Below, piece after piece: positions 1 through 13,180 of a stretch of 64,000 bases of DNA. Where the stretch lies: positions 472,530-536,529 of the forward strand of contig WELB01000026.1 in the NCBI GenBank assembly GCA_009602725.1, written 5' to 3'. Within the stretch, counting starts at the first letter, position 1, and each line of letters opens with the position of its first letter. The notes under the pieces were generated by a model, which had not been told where the DNA came from, did not search any database, and saw only the letters and a program-made list of their open reading frames with translations. Origin of the DNA: Spirogloea muscicola (Eukaryota). Both the position numbers and the translations under genes were made by a program.

Positions 1-1065
1 AACTTACACAGCTAAATGACGTGTTATCTCTTCTCCAGTCAAGATTGCGCAGCACCCCAGATGTGCACTTTCATTGATTGGGATGGAAGTGCCGTGCTGG
101 TCCTTTGTCAAATCGTTGTAGAAACCACGTGCTAATATGGGAGCGTCACGAGCTGCTTCAACAGACAGGATGTCCCCTGCAGTATCAGCCCTCTGTGTGG
201 CCCCAACTAATGCAGCACCTCCACTCGCAATACTCTGACCAACGGTTCGCAACGCCATGGCGTCCAAGTTGTGTGCCCTGTACAAAGGCATGCAGAGCAA
301 GACCTTTGGTCTCTTGAAAGAGCAGTTAGGGTGAACAAACACGAAAATGCTTACGGAGTGGTATTCTTTGGCAAAGCCATCGCACATATCGCAAAATTAA
401 CAGTGATAAGATGCACCATCCAATGACGAGAAAGGATGTTTGATGTCAAGGCCCATTTTACGAGCTTGAGGCAGAGCCTCAGCTTCGAATCGCTTTCCTT
501 GGCTAGAACTTCAACAATTGATTGGCGCATTTAGACGCCTTTCTGGCTGCAGTCTTAAGCATCGGGAACGGAACATCTTTCTCACCTACACTGCAGCTGC
601 TAAGCGGGGCAGGCCCAGGTTGGCAGGCCGGAGAAGATCCGTGTGACAATCCTCTGACTTTTCAAACCAACAGCCTGTGGAGCCCAATTCATTAGCTCGA
701 GCGTTTGCAAAGCTAGAAGAGAAGACGCTTAGAAGCTAGAGCACTACAGGCAGAGCTCTACTGACGACTCGAGCGGGAGTGGCCGGTCACCCCTGTGATA
801 AGCGCGCAGCTGTACTGAGAAGGTGGTGACAGGGCTGTGTGCACATGAGCCCGTACAAGAGGGGGCGCGTGGTGCGCCTGAGGTGAAAGGGAGGCCAGAT
901 CAAGCCAAGACAGTGGACGGAGGTGTCACTGGCAGTGACGTACCAGAGGAGAGGTGGCCAAGCCAGGGACAGGCGCGCGCGCCAAGGGAGCGCTATCGGG
1001 GCGGGGGCGCGGGGCGGGACGGCGCAGCGGCCAGGTAGGCGGGAGAAGGCGGGGGCTGGAGCCCC
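1..1065 (-). repeat. Left arm of a ~1 kb inverted duplication (partner 4350-5390), truncated by the window start
   Basis: Its reverse complement aligns with 4350-5390 throughout. For example, 745-1065 vs 4350-4680 are near-identical, and position 1 AACTTACACAGCTAA matches TTAGCTAGGTAAGTT at ~5375-5389. Confidence 0.9.
4..650 (-). pseudogene. Orphan gene copy A (unknown product, in-frame stop), continues beyond the window
   Basis: ORF 4..387 is paralogous to 4971..5270. It has an in-frame TAA at ~397 where copy B is open, and a conserved GTAAGT donor at the end of the exon. Confidence 0.45.
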
Positions 1066-1189
1066 CGATGGACATGCAGGAGTGGCGGTGCGGGTTTTGA
1101 AAGCCAGCTGAGGGCAGGCCGAGGGCGTTCGATTGGCGTGTTGCATGGACAGGCTGCGGAGCCGGGAGGGCGGAGGAGACAACGAGAAA

Positions 1190-4100
1190 GCAGCTCTTCC
1201 AACGTGAGGGAAGGGCTCTTCCAGTAGAGGGCGAGGGCTGTGCTTGGCCAGCCCGGGAAAGAGAATGAGAGGCCAGCTAGAAGGGGGATGAACATGGGTG
1301 CTGGAAGGTTGGTGGATTCAGCTCGCAGCACATGATCGGGTGGGCGCGGCGCTTCCGTGCGCCTCTGGCCCCTTCGTACTTTGGCCCCTTCGAACCTTGT
1401 CAATCCTTTTTGGGCTGGCTTCTCACAGCCCCCTTGCCCCCATTGGAAGAGCCACTTCTTCCGTGCGGCTTGGCTGTCAAACAACAGCTCTTCCAATATA
1501 AGGCGGCGGCTGTGAAGGACAAGGGGGGATAGCGGTGGCGGGTGGCCACCACCATCGGTGCCCGCCTCGCACGGACGGTCAGCCAAGTCAACCCGCTCTG
1601 TTGTACCGGACACGTCTTGCTGCAGAGGTGGTTAGCCTAACCGTCGCCTTGCAGTCAATTCTTTTCGGGCTGGCTTTTCAAAGCCCTTGCCGCCACTGGG
1701 AGTGCCACTTGTCTTGCAGTGTTCGCGGGCTTCGACGACGGTTCCGACGTCACTGCCCACGGTTGTACAGTGTTAGGCGACGGTTAGGCTAATCACCTCA
1801 GACGAAGTGCTCTCCTATAGAAGGTAGGGGCTGGGAACGAAGAAGGGCTCGCCCATGGGAAAAGCCAGCCCAAAAAGAATGGACAAAGCCGGAAGGCGCC
1901 TAAGACCATACAATTAGACACGAGCCTACCGCAGATGAAAGCTTAGTAACTACGAGTGAGCAGCAGCAAGTCGGAGTAAATCGCAGCAGAGGGCGGCGAT
2001 TGGATGACCGCCCGACTGGAGGTGGACATCCTGCTTTTTGCGCATCTGGCCCTTTCTGGCCCTTTCTGTCAAGTCTTTTCTTTTAGCCGCCTTAGGTTAT
2101 GTATGTCTATAGATGTGCTTGCCTTTGTACTTGGCCATTTGGCCTTCGTTTGTTTCAAATACACGACATGTCCTTCTGGCCTTCGATTGTTTCAAATGCA
2201 CGAATTCTTTCTTCTGGAAGAGTCTTCTCGTTTCGGGCTGGCTGTTCACAGCCCTTGCCCCCCTTTTGGGAGAACCACTTCTCTCACAGCCAATGCTGTC
2301 AACTTGAAAGAAAATTTAGTGTATTTGTTACAAACGAAGGCCAAATGGCCAAGTACAAAGGCAAGCACATCCAAAGACCTACATAACCTACAGCAGATTG
2401 ACCCGCTCAATAACCACGGGTCAAAACTTGAAGGTCGCTAATCGATGCCTGAATACTAGATGTCAAATACGGAGCCCTTCTGCCACGAACTAGAGCTCAA
2501 CCAGCTTTCTGGTGCAAAGCATTAGCCTGAGCACGCTGCAAATAGGCCGAAACTCGTCTTTGCAAGAACGACAGATATGCAGCTGGCAAGCCCATCTCAG
2601 CCGGAAACACATCTGCACGTCGTGTGTAGCTTAAACTGGCAAAATCTTGAAGGAGAGTGTGGAAGCAAGGACCCAGACAGCCAAAGATGTCGACTGCCGC
2701 TGGCAGGAGCTGATCGCATTGGGGGTAATCGGAGTAGTGCTGCAGCTTTCTTTGATCTGCACCGCCCACTGCGTGACCAGCGATGTGTGGATGCTGGATC
2801 TTTATACGCCTACGTACCAACGACATCGACCAAGGCCCGTGGTCCTCCACCAGGTTGCACGCCAACAGTGTCAAGTGTGCGGCGATGATGACGTCCGGGC
2901 CTCCGAGGTGATAGGCATGACGTCGTTGACGTCCACGACGGCACGGTAGCCGGCGTCGCGCGTCAAGCCCGCCAGGGCATCTCGGAGGAAAAAGTTGGAA
3001 GATCTATTTATGGCGGAGCGATGGCGGTGGCCCGCCGCCACCTTTTTTCCTGTCATGTTCCTTTTAGTGGTGACCGCGGTGGCCCGCCACCGCTATTCGG
3101 CCGGCCACTTCAGACCTTGTCCATCCTTCTGTTAGCAAGCGCGGCCAGATTAACTGGTGGCTGGGAGAGGCCAGCCCAAAAGAATGGACAAGGTCTGAAG
3201 GAGTCGGAGTGCTAAGGACTGAGACAGCAGTAAGCGAACTCTAAGAGCGCAAGCGCGGCCAGATTAAGTGGTGGCTGGGAGAGGCCATCCTTTTGGGCTC
3301 TTTGGATGTCGTCTACTTTTTCCGGGCTGGTCTCTGCCCGCCCCTCTTCTCTATGGGCCCCTCATTCCCATCCCTGCCATCTCTTTTGCCACTGTTGCTG
3401 CCCCCTCATCATCTATACACACTCCTTTCCCTCTTGTTTTTCTGCTCTTTGGACCTTGTCCATTCTTTTGGCTGGCCTCTCACAGCCACCAGTCAATTTG
3501 GACGCGCAGGCTTATTTTTGGGCTGGCCTTTCCTATGCCCTACCCTCTGTGGAGCAATTCTCTTTCATATGGAAGCGCTGTTGTTGTATCGAGAAGAAGT
3601 GGCTCTCCCAATGGGGGCAAGGGCTGAGAGAAGCTGTTTGTGTTTTATCCGGCCCCCTTCCCGCCAAAGGAAATCAAACACAAGAGAAACTAAGCAACTC
3701 CCCTTCGCGCCCTTCTTCCTTCGTGCTCAGGCTCATGCTTTGCACCAGAAAGCTGGGCGAGCTCTAGTTGGTGGCAGAACGGCTTGGAATTTGCCATCTG
3801 GTATTCAGGCATCCTTTACGTGTTGACCCATGGTTGCTGAGCAGGTCACTTTGCAGTGGTTGATGTACGTCATTAGAAAGCCTTGCATTGAAAGAGCTGG
3901 TTTCTCATTGTCCCTTCCGCCCACCCGGCTCCGTGTACTGTATATGCACCACTTCGATTGACCGCCCTCTGCCTGCCCTCAGCTGGCTTTCAAAGCCCGC
4001 ACCGCCCCTCCTCTTGGGCTGGCTTTTCCCAGCCCTTACCTTTCATGGAAACTTTTTCGTGTATTTGGAACAAACGGAGGCCAAAATGGCCAAGTATCAA

Positions 4101-4350
4101 GGCAAGCACATCTGATGACGTACATCGACCCGCTCAGTAACCACGGGTCAATGCATAAAGGTCGCTAGTCGATGCCTGAAAACTAGTTGGTAGATTAGAA
4201 ACCCTTCTGCCACCAACGGAGCTCGCCCAGCTTTCTGGTGCAAAGCATTAGCCTGAGCACGCTGCAAACAGGCCGAAACTCGTCATCGCAAGTACGACAG
4301 ATATGCAGCTGGCAAGCCGATGTCGACTGCAGCTGGCAGGAGCTGATTGC
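1190..4350. mobile_element. Cluster of 5'-truncated CRE-like non-LTR retrotransposon 3' fragments (both orientations)
   Basis: RLE C-terminal peptide 'AVDIFGCLG...LQRAQANALHQKAG' at 2497-2874 (-), ~3715-3840 (+) and ~4130-4350 (-). Repeated 3'-UTR modules GGGCTGGCnnnTCACAGCC and TTGGCCATTTGGCCTTCG..TTCAAATACACG. Confidence 0.8.
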
Positions 4351-5390
4351 ATTGGGGGCTCCAGCCCCCGCCTTCTCGCCTGCCTGGCCGCTGCGCCGTC
4401 CCGCCCCGCGCCCCCGCCCCGACAGCGCTCCCTTCGCGCGCCTGTCCCTGGCTTGGCCACCCCTCCTCTGGTACGTCACAGCCAGTGACACCTCCGTTCA
4501 CTGTGTTGGCTTGATCTGGCCTCCCTTTCACCTCATGTGCACCACGCGCCCACAAACTTGTACGGGCTCCATGTGCACACAGCCCTGTCACCACCTTCTC
4601 GGTACAGCTGCACGCTTATGACAGAGGTGACCGGCCACTCCCGCTCGAGTCATCAGTAGAGCTCTGCCTCCAGTGCTCTAGCTTTGCAAACTCTAGAGGT
4701 ACTGAATTGGGGCTCCACAGCCTCTTGGTTTGATGACTCAGAGGATGGTCACACGGATCTTCTCCGGCCTGCCAACCTGGGCCTGCCCCGCTTAGCAGCT
4801 GCAGTGTAGGTGAGAAAGATGGCGTTCGCGATCCTAAGACTGCAGCTGGGAAGGCATCTGGATGCGCCAGTCATGTGTTGAGGTCCTAGCCGAGTGAAAA
4901 GCGCTTCGGAGCTGAGGCTCTGCCTCAAGCTCGTACACTGGGCCTCCACAGCAAACATCCTATTTCGTCAATGGCTGGTGCATCTTGTCACTGTTTGTTG
5001 TGTGATATGTGCGATGGCTTTGCCAAAAATTGCCACTCCCTTAGCAATTTCGTGTTTATTCACCCTCACTGCTCTTTCAAGAGACCAAAGGTCTTGCTCT
5101 GCATGCCTATGTACAGGGCACAAAACTTGGACGGCATTAATAGGATGATTCCGAGTATTGCAAGCGGAATTGCTGGATATATTGGAAACACATGGATGAC
5201 TAAGATTGCAGAGGCCAGCCGGTTGAGAGAAGCAGCTCGTGACGCTCCCACAATCGCACGTGGTTTCTAAACCTTTTGAGAATAAAGGGCAAGCACGGCA
5301 TTTTCATCCCAGCCAGTGAAAGTGCATACTTGATGTGCTGCGCAGACTTGACCGAAGAACAGAGAAGATGTCACTTAGCTAGGTAAGTTG
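4350..5390 (+). repeat. Right arm of the inverted duplication
   Basis: See left arm. Shared peptide MCDGFAK..HS.S.FVF.HP.CSFKRPKVLLCMP.YRA.NLD...EAARDAP..ARGF. Confidence 0.9.
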
Positions 5391-6480
5391 CAAAATCCGT
5401 ACAACAGCACACTGCCACTATCACATGTTGCAGTCCAGCAATGCGTGCTATGATTCTTCAGCAGATTACTCTGCCCAGCAGCCCTGGGCTACTTCTGTGC
5501 TCTTTGTAGAGGCATGTGCAGCAACACAGTCCAGCATTTTGAGCTTCAGTGCAGCTGTTCCCGGCTGTTCCATTATCAGGCTTGCGCTTGCAGACTTTCA
5601 GGAGATAGATGGCTTGTTTTGTCATGTGCTTCAGGACACTACCAGATGCAATTGCGAAAGTCGCAGAATTGCACAGGATAGGTACACTGCCACACGATAC
5701 GGAGATTGTCTACCATCGCCACGCTGTTTTTGCTACTTTTGATAAAGACATTGTTGTGATGCCAAGAGGCATGCGCTTTGTTATACGCGGCTGCACTAAC
5801 CAGCGTGGAAGACCTTACATCAAGATGAAGGGGGTAGTCTGTGACGTGGACGAGGCTGGTGCACCAATGGGGAGGGTTAAAGGTGTAGGATGGCAACTTC
5901 TTCAGAATGTTAGGGTGCAGGTAGGTCCAAGACTGCTTCCCCTCGTTGCAAAGCCATGGTGATCATTTTGTGTCTGCACTTATGCAAAGACTTAAGAGCA
6001 TGATGCTCATTCTTCACCTGTACATAATTTCAAGTGTTACTTTTGGTGGATCAGATAGGCAATCAGGCAGTTGACTCCTGTTCGTTCATACTGCATGCTG
6101 TAGTAGAAGATTTCAGAATTCAGAAGATGCTTACACCTGGACTACTCAAAGAACATATGTTGACCTGACTGCATTATATTTGTCATACTCTCGTGAAGAG
6201 CTCGTTGTACACTACAGCTGGAGGCGCAATAGGAGGTGCTTGCCAATACGGAACTCTGTGGTGGACAGGCGCAGGGATATTCACAAACGCTTTTCATGCC
6301 TGCCTCATGGGTGTAAATCCGGCATATGCTATAACAATTGCAGGCAGCGCTTCCACAGGGGTATATCAGTATCTGGAGGATCGCAGAGAATTATTAAGAA
6401 AACTTGAGCTAGAATATAACATGCTGAACAGACCATCATTTCATTCGGGTAATTGTTTGCCAGCATATATGGAAGTCTGA
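4745..6480 (+). pseudogene. Orphan spliced gene copy B (unknown product, premature stop)
   Basis: Exon-like blocks at ~4890-5381, ~5609-5920 and ~6218-6480 are bounded by GTAAGT/GTAGGT donors and YAG acceptors. TAA at 5268-5270 sits where copy A reads Tyr. The last exon has a Gly-rich hydrophobic segment (AGGAIGGA...). Confidence 0.4.
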
Positions 6481-6879
6481 GTGCGTGCTGGGCACGAGAT
6501 TCCGAGCCACCAATACCCTGACAGATTGTTGTGACCTACATGGGCCCTGTTCTTCGGTGTAGTTTTGAGTGGCTGTCTCTCCATACGTCCTGCACGCCAG
6601 CAGTCATGAGCTAAAGTTGAAGGTATTTGTTCAGCATCATGATTGCCAAATACAGTACAACACATTGTATGCATTCTACATCTAACTAGATTGGAGATGA
6701 CTAATCTGGCCAAAAGTATGCCTTAGCACCTCTCAAGTCCTAGAAGCGATTGTGTCTGAACTGGACCATGACGTGCCCCATGATTGTAATTTCAGCGGTC
6801 TATGATGGACCACACAGAGCCTTCGCCTCCCAGTCTGTAAGAAGGGCGAGCAGATTGCCAAGTCCAGGCGCACAGCGAA

Positions 6880-7780
6880 GCAAGAAAGGTTAGGAAGGCT
6901 TAGTACGGGTTTAGCATAGAAAACCAGGAGCGGAGTCCCAAGGTCTACAGGTCTGAAGGGTTCAGAGGGTGGGTCTTAATATTTACGGCAAGTGAGAAAG
7001 TCAACAGCCTCCCCCTCTCAGTGTCTTCCTGTGCAGCACACGCGCTCCATGTCTCTCCGTAACCTAGACCAACCCGGCCTCCAGGTAGTAACAAGCACCA
7101 ATGGTCACTTGTTGAGGTGACGACCCGCCCACTATTCTGAACAGGACTACCAACGGTCCACCCAACCTCCAGTCTACCGTGACGGTCTCCTACCTACGAC
7201 CAAACAATGGTCTTCTCCGTCAACGATCTGCCAATGGCAATGAATGGGCAAGCAGTGAATGGGCAAGTCAATGACCACTTATGGTCTACTACCAACGGGC
7301 TAGCGTGAGCAGTTTGATGTCCACGCCAATGAGCAACGACCATTGATAAACATAAAGCGAGCAAAATGCTAAACCCAGACAAGCAATGGAGCAAGAAAGG
7401 TTGGGAAGGTATGGGGATGCAACGTAACCAAGTAACGAACTTTGCAGGGGCAAGGTTCAGGGGTCCAAGGGTGGGTGAAGAACTCACCACCCTTCCCTCT
7501 TGGATTCCCCCTCTGTAGCTGACGAGCTGCGGGTCTCCCTGCATCCACGCCCTACCGGCCTCTCTGAGATAACTGGCACCAACGGGGTCCTGTGGAGGAT
7601 CCATTTATGACCCGTCGACGGCTATCAACGGTCTATCACCAACAACCCACCCCGTCGGTTGGCCATCGCTGACCTACCGACGGGTCCTCCGTCACCCACC
7701 CGTCAATGGGCCATATATGGCCACTGGCGGTTGACTAGCGACGGGGTAGCGTGTGCACACGTCAACGTAAACGACCACTA
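6880..7780. repeat. Diverged direct repeat, two units of ~500 bp (possible LTR remnants)
   Basis: Collinear anchors: AAGAAAGGTT(A/G)GGAAGG at ~6882/~7393, CCGGCCTC...GCACCAA at ~7074/~7555, CAACGGTC at ~7151/~7626 and CGGG(C/G)TAGCGTG at ~7296/~7742. Confidence 0.6.
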
Positions 7781-8094
7781 CCGGCGCCGTTAAGATAGTC
7801 TCCGCAATGGTCTCCCCCAGTCGCAGTTCCAGCGTCAGCACCACGCTGTCTCTCGCCAGGACTTCGGGTTGCACCATCCTCAGCTTGAGGAAGATAACCA
7901 ACCTCCCCGGTCGTCAGCCTGCTTAGGTGTTTAGTCTCTCTAGGCATCTGTCAAGCCTTCCCCTGCAGCATTGACAGCGACACTATTGTCAGTCTGGTGA
8001 GTTGTCTAGTCACGTATGCACCTGTCAAGCCATAACTGCTGCACTGACAATCCAGCTATGTAAATGTCGTTACATAGCAACCCCTTCAGAGGTG

Positions 8095-8930
8095 TCCACT
8101 CTCCTGGGCTGGCCTTTTACAGCCTTCTCTTCATTTATTTTCTGGGTTGGCCAATCACAGCCATCGCCCTATTTTGGGAAAGTCAATTTTCATCTGCAGC
8201 CACCGCTTCCTCTGCAGAAAGCCTCTCTCGTCTGAGCGGCTGCAGCTGTGCGCAGCCAGCCAGGGAAGGTGCTCCTCCAAATTGAGAGGGCAGTGGCTGT
8301 GAACGGCCAGTTCAAAAGCATAGACACAAGGGCTTACATGGAGCAAGCCAGGGAAGTCCAAGTACAGAGAGGGGGCAAGAGTCGCCAAATCTCTGCTCCA
8401 GCAAAGAGGAACTCCGCCAAGCTGGCAATAGCTCGAGGAAGGACTACGGGCTTCCATCAGTAGCAGAAGTATTGGCAAATTAGCAAAATGATGGACAACC
8501 CTGGTGTGGGTTTCAGTAGCCAGTCATCAGCAATCGCAAGTCGGACATACTGGAAAGAGGAGGCGCCCATACAGAGCCCCAAAGCTCAGTCTAGCATGCG
8601 CCTAGCGCGTAGATGCAAAGTGGACGCCAGCAGCAAGACAGAGAGGCGCATGATGGTAGAAGAAGGCCAAAGAGCTTGAAACACGGAATCATAGTTTTGA
8701 TCTGTGTCTGTCGCCTTGCTCGGCTGCGAAGTGCCAGCTGCAGCAGCCAGTCCAGCCGCTTGGTAGCAAATGTCAAGTGGATGTCTATTGCCAGTATGAC
8801 ACACCCTTCCTGTGTGGTTGCGGCGTGATTGAGTTCTGGCCTGCTCCACCAATGTTGCCGGTCCGCTCCCCAGCCAGCCGTGGCTGCCGATCTTCATGCT
8901 AAGGAACGCAGGGAGGATGAGCATCTGAGT
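8095..8930 (-). mobile_element. Degenerate CRE-like retrotransposon 3' region plus 3'-UTR hairpin modules
   Basis: The minus strand reads ELNHA...LAIDIHLTFATKRLDWLLQLA...TLHLRARR...SDLRLLMTGY*, matching the less degraded copy at 51953-52552. Hairpin modules lie at ~8107, ~8144 (both +) and ~8295. Confidence 0.65.
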
Positions 8931-9658
8931 AGAAGCAGTTCTGTGTGGCTTTGTCAAGTGTGACACACCGAGCAGCATGCTTCATAGTGCAACTACCTGT
9001 GCAGGTGGCTCGTTGACATTGAAGCGGCAGGATCAATCTGGCCACATCCTTGTTGGCCGGCGTTAACAGCTACCGGCGTTTCGAAGCGCCACCTCTGGTC
9101 CTGGCAAAGTGGGCAGGCTTCTTCTGCCACTCACGCTGGGCAAGGCAGTAGCGGCTACAGGGCGGTGCAGCTCCTCCTTATGGACCAGGCTGGTCGTTGA
9201 CTCGGGTCGTGATCGAGTGATCGAGGGGCTCTGACGCCCGGAGTGCGTCGCTCTGGCTGGCCACCAGCAGAGCCACCGCCCGGCGCCCACGCTGCCGCGG
9301 TGCCTCGCTCGGGGGAGCAGCTGCGGGGGACGGCCAGGCCGTGAGACGGCACTGCAGGCGCGGCGACTGCAGTCAATCTGGAAGAGCTGTGTTCGTGTTG
9401 GAGTGCACCAGGTCCAGGGGTTTCGGTTGGGGCTGCACTTGATGGACTGAACCAGAGCATGCGGGCTGCTGATGATAAAAGAGCGGCTGTACAAGACAGC
9501 CAGGTGCATGCAGAGGGTGTTCCGTGGTGTTACATTTAGCACTGCTTTTCGATATAACTATGGATTCATTTGTCATGTCAATCTAGGTTCATGACATTGA
9601 GCATATCTGTTCCCACTAATTTCTTTTGGAGGGGAAGTCGCGGCCGAGCTCGGAGGTT

Positions 9659-9668
9659 GCCACGTGGC
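9659..9668. promoter_or_regulatory. G-box palindrome GCCACGTGGC upstream of the SCPL gene
   Basis: Perfect 10-bp palindrome at the 5' edge of the GC island, ~200 bp before the CDS. Confidence 0.4.
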
Positions 9669-9858
9669 GACCCGGCGGCGCCCGCTCTCCCAGCTGGCCG
9701 CCCGGGCCCGCGCTCCTAGCGGCCGACGCGTGTCCCCACCGCAGCTCCCTCGCGGCGGCGGCGGGGAGGGAGGGGCCTGGTCACGGCCACGTTCTGGCGG
9801 CGGGGAGGGAGGGGGAACTGGCCGGGAGGAGGGGGGTGGGGAGGNNNNNNNNNNNNNN

Positions 9859-12800
9859 GGCGCCGGCGTCGGCACGGCGGCGGCGCGGCGCGACCGCGTG
9901 CGGAGCCTGCCGGGCGCTCCGCCGTACCACTTCAGGTCTGGCCCTCCCCGCGGCCCTCGTTGCCTTCGGGCCGTGCCGCGGCAATTGCGGCGCAGGTCGT
10001 GGCCGCCGTCCGGCCTTCAAGGCATTGGGCCGCTGAAAGTCTCTGGCCCGCCGGCTGGGGCGCCTGAGCGAAGCCCGGCGGGGCTCCCCTTCTGGAGGCG
10101 TCTCATTGCCGCACTTAGTGGTGGGACAGGCAGTACGCGGGGTACGTGACGGTGGACGAGAGCGCTGGCCGCGCGCTCTACTACTTCCTGGTCGAGGCGG
10201 AGCACCGCCCCGTCGACAAGCCCCTCACCCTCTGGCTCAACGGAGGTGGCCGTCCCTCTTCCTTATGAATCTGAAGACACGGGTTCAAACCCCGTCCTTC
10301 CCTCTCCTTCGCCTTCCCTGTTAGCTCCCTCTCGATCCATCGCTGCCGATGGAGGCCTTCGTTCTCCCAGTCCTTCTCCTCGCATTCGTTAGGCTCGCAC
10401 TGGCTGCTCCACTGGCCTACATTGCATGCACCCTCAAAGCCCACCGCCTTGCCATGTCCCGTGGCGGCAGGCCCGGGGTGCTCCTCCATCGGCGGCGGCC
10501 TGTTCGCCGAGCTGGGCCCCTTCTGGACCAACAAGACCGCCGACGGCCTCATCTTCAACAAGCACGCGTGGACGCGAGGTCGTCCCAAAGCAGGGCCTGC
10601 TTCCCCAAGGCCCCACCTACATTCGCAGAGCAGGAGCGTGGCTTTCCTCTGGCTTGCGCCATGGTTCTGCAGCTGATCGTCTCTGCTGCTCACAAGACCG
10701 CCTCTTGAAGTGCTCACGCTTCTCCCACACTACTGCCACCGTTGTGCGAGCGCCTGCAGAGTCTAATGTCCTCTTCCTCGACTCGCCTGCGGGAGTTGGA
10801 TTCTCCTACTCAAACAGGACATCTGACTACAGCGTCGGGGACGCGGCTACTGGTGCACGTCCTAGCCTACACACTTTTCATTTTCACAACTTTTCAGAGA
10901 TCCTTGCTTGCTAGTGCTGACGTGCAGCTGCCCCCTTCCAATGTTGCAGCCAAGGATACTTACCGTTTCCTCCACCACTGGCTCCGCCGGTTTCCCATCT
11001 TCAGCGGCCGCGAGTTCTACATTGCCGGGGAGAGCTATGCAGGTGACTTGCTGCCAGCTCCTTGGCCAGCTCAGGTGCTAGAGTAAAAAGGGGAAGAGGC
11101 AATTTTAATTAAGGGTTGGAAGGGAGGCATGGGGGAGACACAGTTATTGTACTACAAGTTGAGGAGCGGAGTGACAGAGCAATAGGAGCGAGTGATGGAC
11201 AAAGAAGGGATTGGGATGGAAGGATTTGAGGCTGAACCAAGAGGCTGTACACATGCAGTCCAAAGTTCAGAGGCTAAGCTACTAAGCTTATTAAGATCAT
11301 TGAGCTTCATCGTCGGTTGAGAAATGGTGGGTTGCAGGGTCAGGCTTGAAGTGCAGCCTCATGCTAATGACGCTAAAGTAAGCTTGCGCCTGGTGCGCCC
11401 TCATGGTGGGGTCCAGGGCACTACGTGCCGCAGCTAGCGTACGTGATCTGGGAGGAGCAGCAGAAGCACCCGCGTGATGCGCTGGATATTAACTTGAAGG
11501 GCTTTCTGGTCGGCAATGCGTGGACGGACACAATCAACGACAACCGCGGCATGGTGGACTTCTGGTTCACACGCGCTCTCATCTCCGAGTCCACCTACCT
11601 TGGCCTCAATGCAAACGTAGGCGCCCACCTCCCCCCTCTCCATCCTTACTCCTCCCTTCCTGCCTTTCCGAGCCCTGCCTCAAGCACAGCTCTTGACACC
11701 TGCGCTGCACTTGGCTGCCGCAGTGCGAATTCACCAAGGCGTTCAATATGGACAACCACGCGCAGACAGTGTGTGCCAACTTCAGCCGCATGGCCGCTGC
11801 CGAGATGGTGAGAGCTACCGTTTGTTGCCATTTTGGGGCCGAGTCGTAGCCAGAGGCTGCGCCGGAGTGCTTCAGCATGGCCATATTAGACTTGCTTGGT
11901 ATCTAATAATCATAAACGGTGGTGGTCGGGGCAGGGCAACATTTTTAAGTACGATGTGTATGTGGATGTGTGCGTGGAGGAGGACTATGACAGTGAGACC
12001 CAAACTTTCCTGCGCCACGTAAGAGGCAACTCTTTCGTGCCTTCCTCCTTCATACACACTTTCTCTGCTTCTCTCTCTCCCGTCCGCTTTCCCAACCCCC
12101 TCCTCCTTTCCCAGTCATATCTGATGGTTACACCTAGGACGCTGTTATCCTCCTTGCTTGTCTAACTCCTGAGGCCACCGGCTTCTGTCTCCTTAGCGAG
12201 GCGTGTTGGGCGACAAGCGGCATGGCGGCGTGCCGGACGTGTACGACCCGTGCGAGGAGAAGGAGGTGGATCGCTACCTCAATCGGCGCGAGGTGCAGGA
12301 TGCAATCCATGCCAACCTGACTGGTCACCTCAGCTACAAGTGGACTGACTGCGCGTGAGGACAGCCGCCATCTCCCACTCCTCCCCCTTCTCTACCTCCT
12401 TATCCCCTTCTATGCCCTCCCTCCCCTTTCCCACATAATTTCCTGCTGATGTTGCTCTCCATAGCTCTGCCAGTAGAAGTGCATACACGGGCTTCTCACA
12501 TGCTCTTGAATATCCTTCTCGGCATTTGCAGCGGGCCACGATTAAATTACTCTCTCGAGGCACAGGCGGAGAGCATGCTTCCTATCTACCGGCAGCTTAT
12601 CAAGGCCGGAGTGAAGATCTGGGTCTATAGGTGAGGGCAGCTTCTCCAGTTTCGGTCTTCTGCCATCCTGAGCTTGTTCAGGCCCAGAGTGCGGTCATCG
12701 TTTAGGGTGGCTGCATAAGTTGAACTCGCCTTTGTTCGGGGCTGGTGTGGCAGCGGTGATGCGGATGGTGTGGTGCCAGTGATGGGCACACGTTTATGGA

Positions 12801-13180
12801 TTCGGCAGCTTGTGCACGAACGACTTCTTAAGCGCACCTCACATTGGACGCCCTGGTACCTCAAGCGCCAGGTGAGGCCTCACTCCAGTTTGAAATTATG
12901 AATATTACTTCAGGACAAAATGTTGACTACACCTTGTGATTGGTTTGATTCTAGCTCTTATACACATCGAGATTAGGAGCATCATTTGCAGGTTGGCGGC
13001 TACACGGAGGAGTTCAATGATGGGCGATTTGTCTTTGCGACGGTGCGCAATGCGGGCCACATGGTACCGTATACGCAGCCGTCGCGGTCGCTTGAGCTGT
13101 TCCGCTCATTCTTGTTGGGCCGCCCAATTGGCGCGCCCGCACCGCCGCCACCTGATTCTATCCTTCGCCAGGTTGACTGA
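9859..13180 (+). CDS. Serine carboxypeptidase-like protein (S10, clade II-like), ~12 exons; start codon probably lost in the N gap
   Basis: Spliced exons read [10 protein letters not shown] / [32 protein letters not shown] / [13 protein letters not shown] / [17 protein letters not shown] / [10 protein letters not shown](Ser) HYVPQLA / SGDADGVVP(Asp) / [12 protein letters not shown](His). Introns are GT-AG. Confidence 0.95.

Noticed and set aside
1412..1460. 3' modules as hammerhead or HDV-like ribozymes
   Set aside because: No CUGANGA/GAAA core and no convincing nested double pseudoknot could be drawn by eye.
1190..4350. Recurring 30-60 bp motifs with variable spacing resembling a CRISPR array
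   Set aside because: Orientation and spacing are irregular, there are no cas genes, the context is eukaryotic, and the motifs follow retroelement stop codons.
4971..5130. ADD/GATA-like zinc finger in the orphan protein
   Set aside because: Only superficial CxxC..HP..VLLC similarity; the last ligand is missing in both copies.
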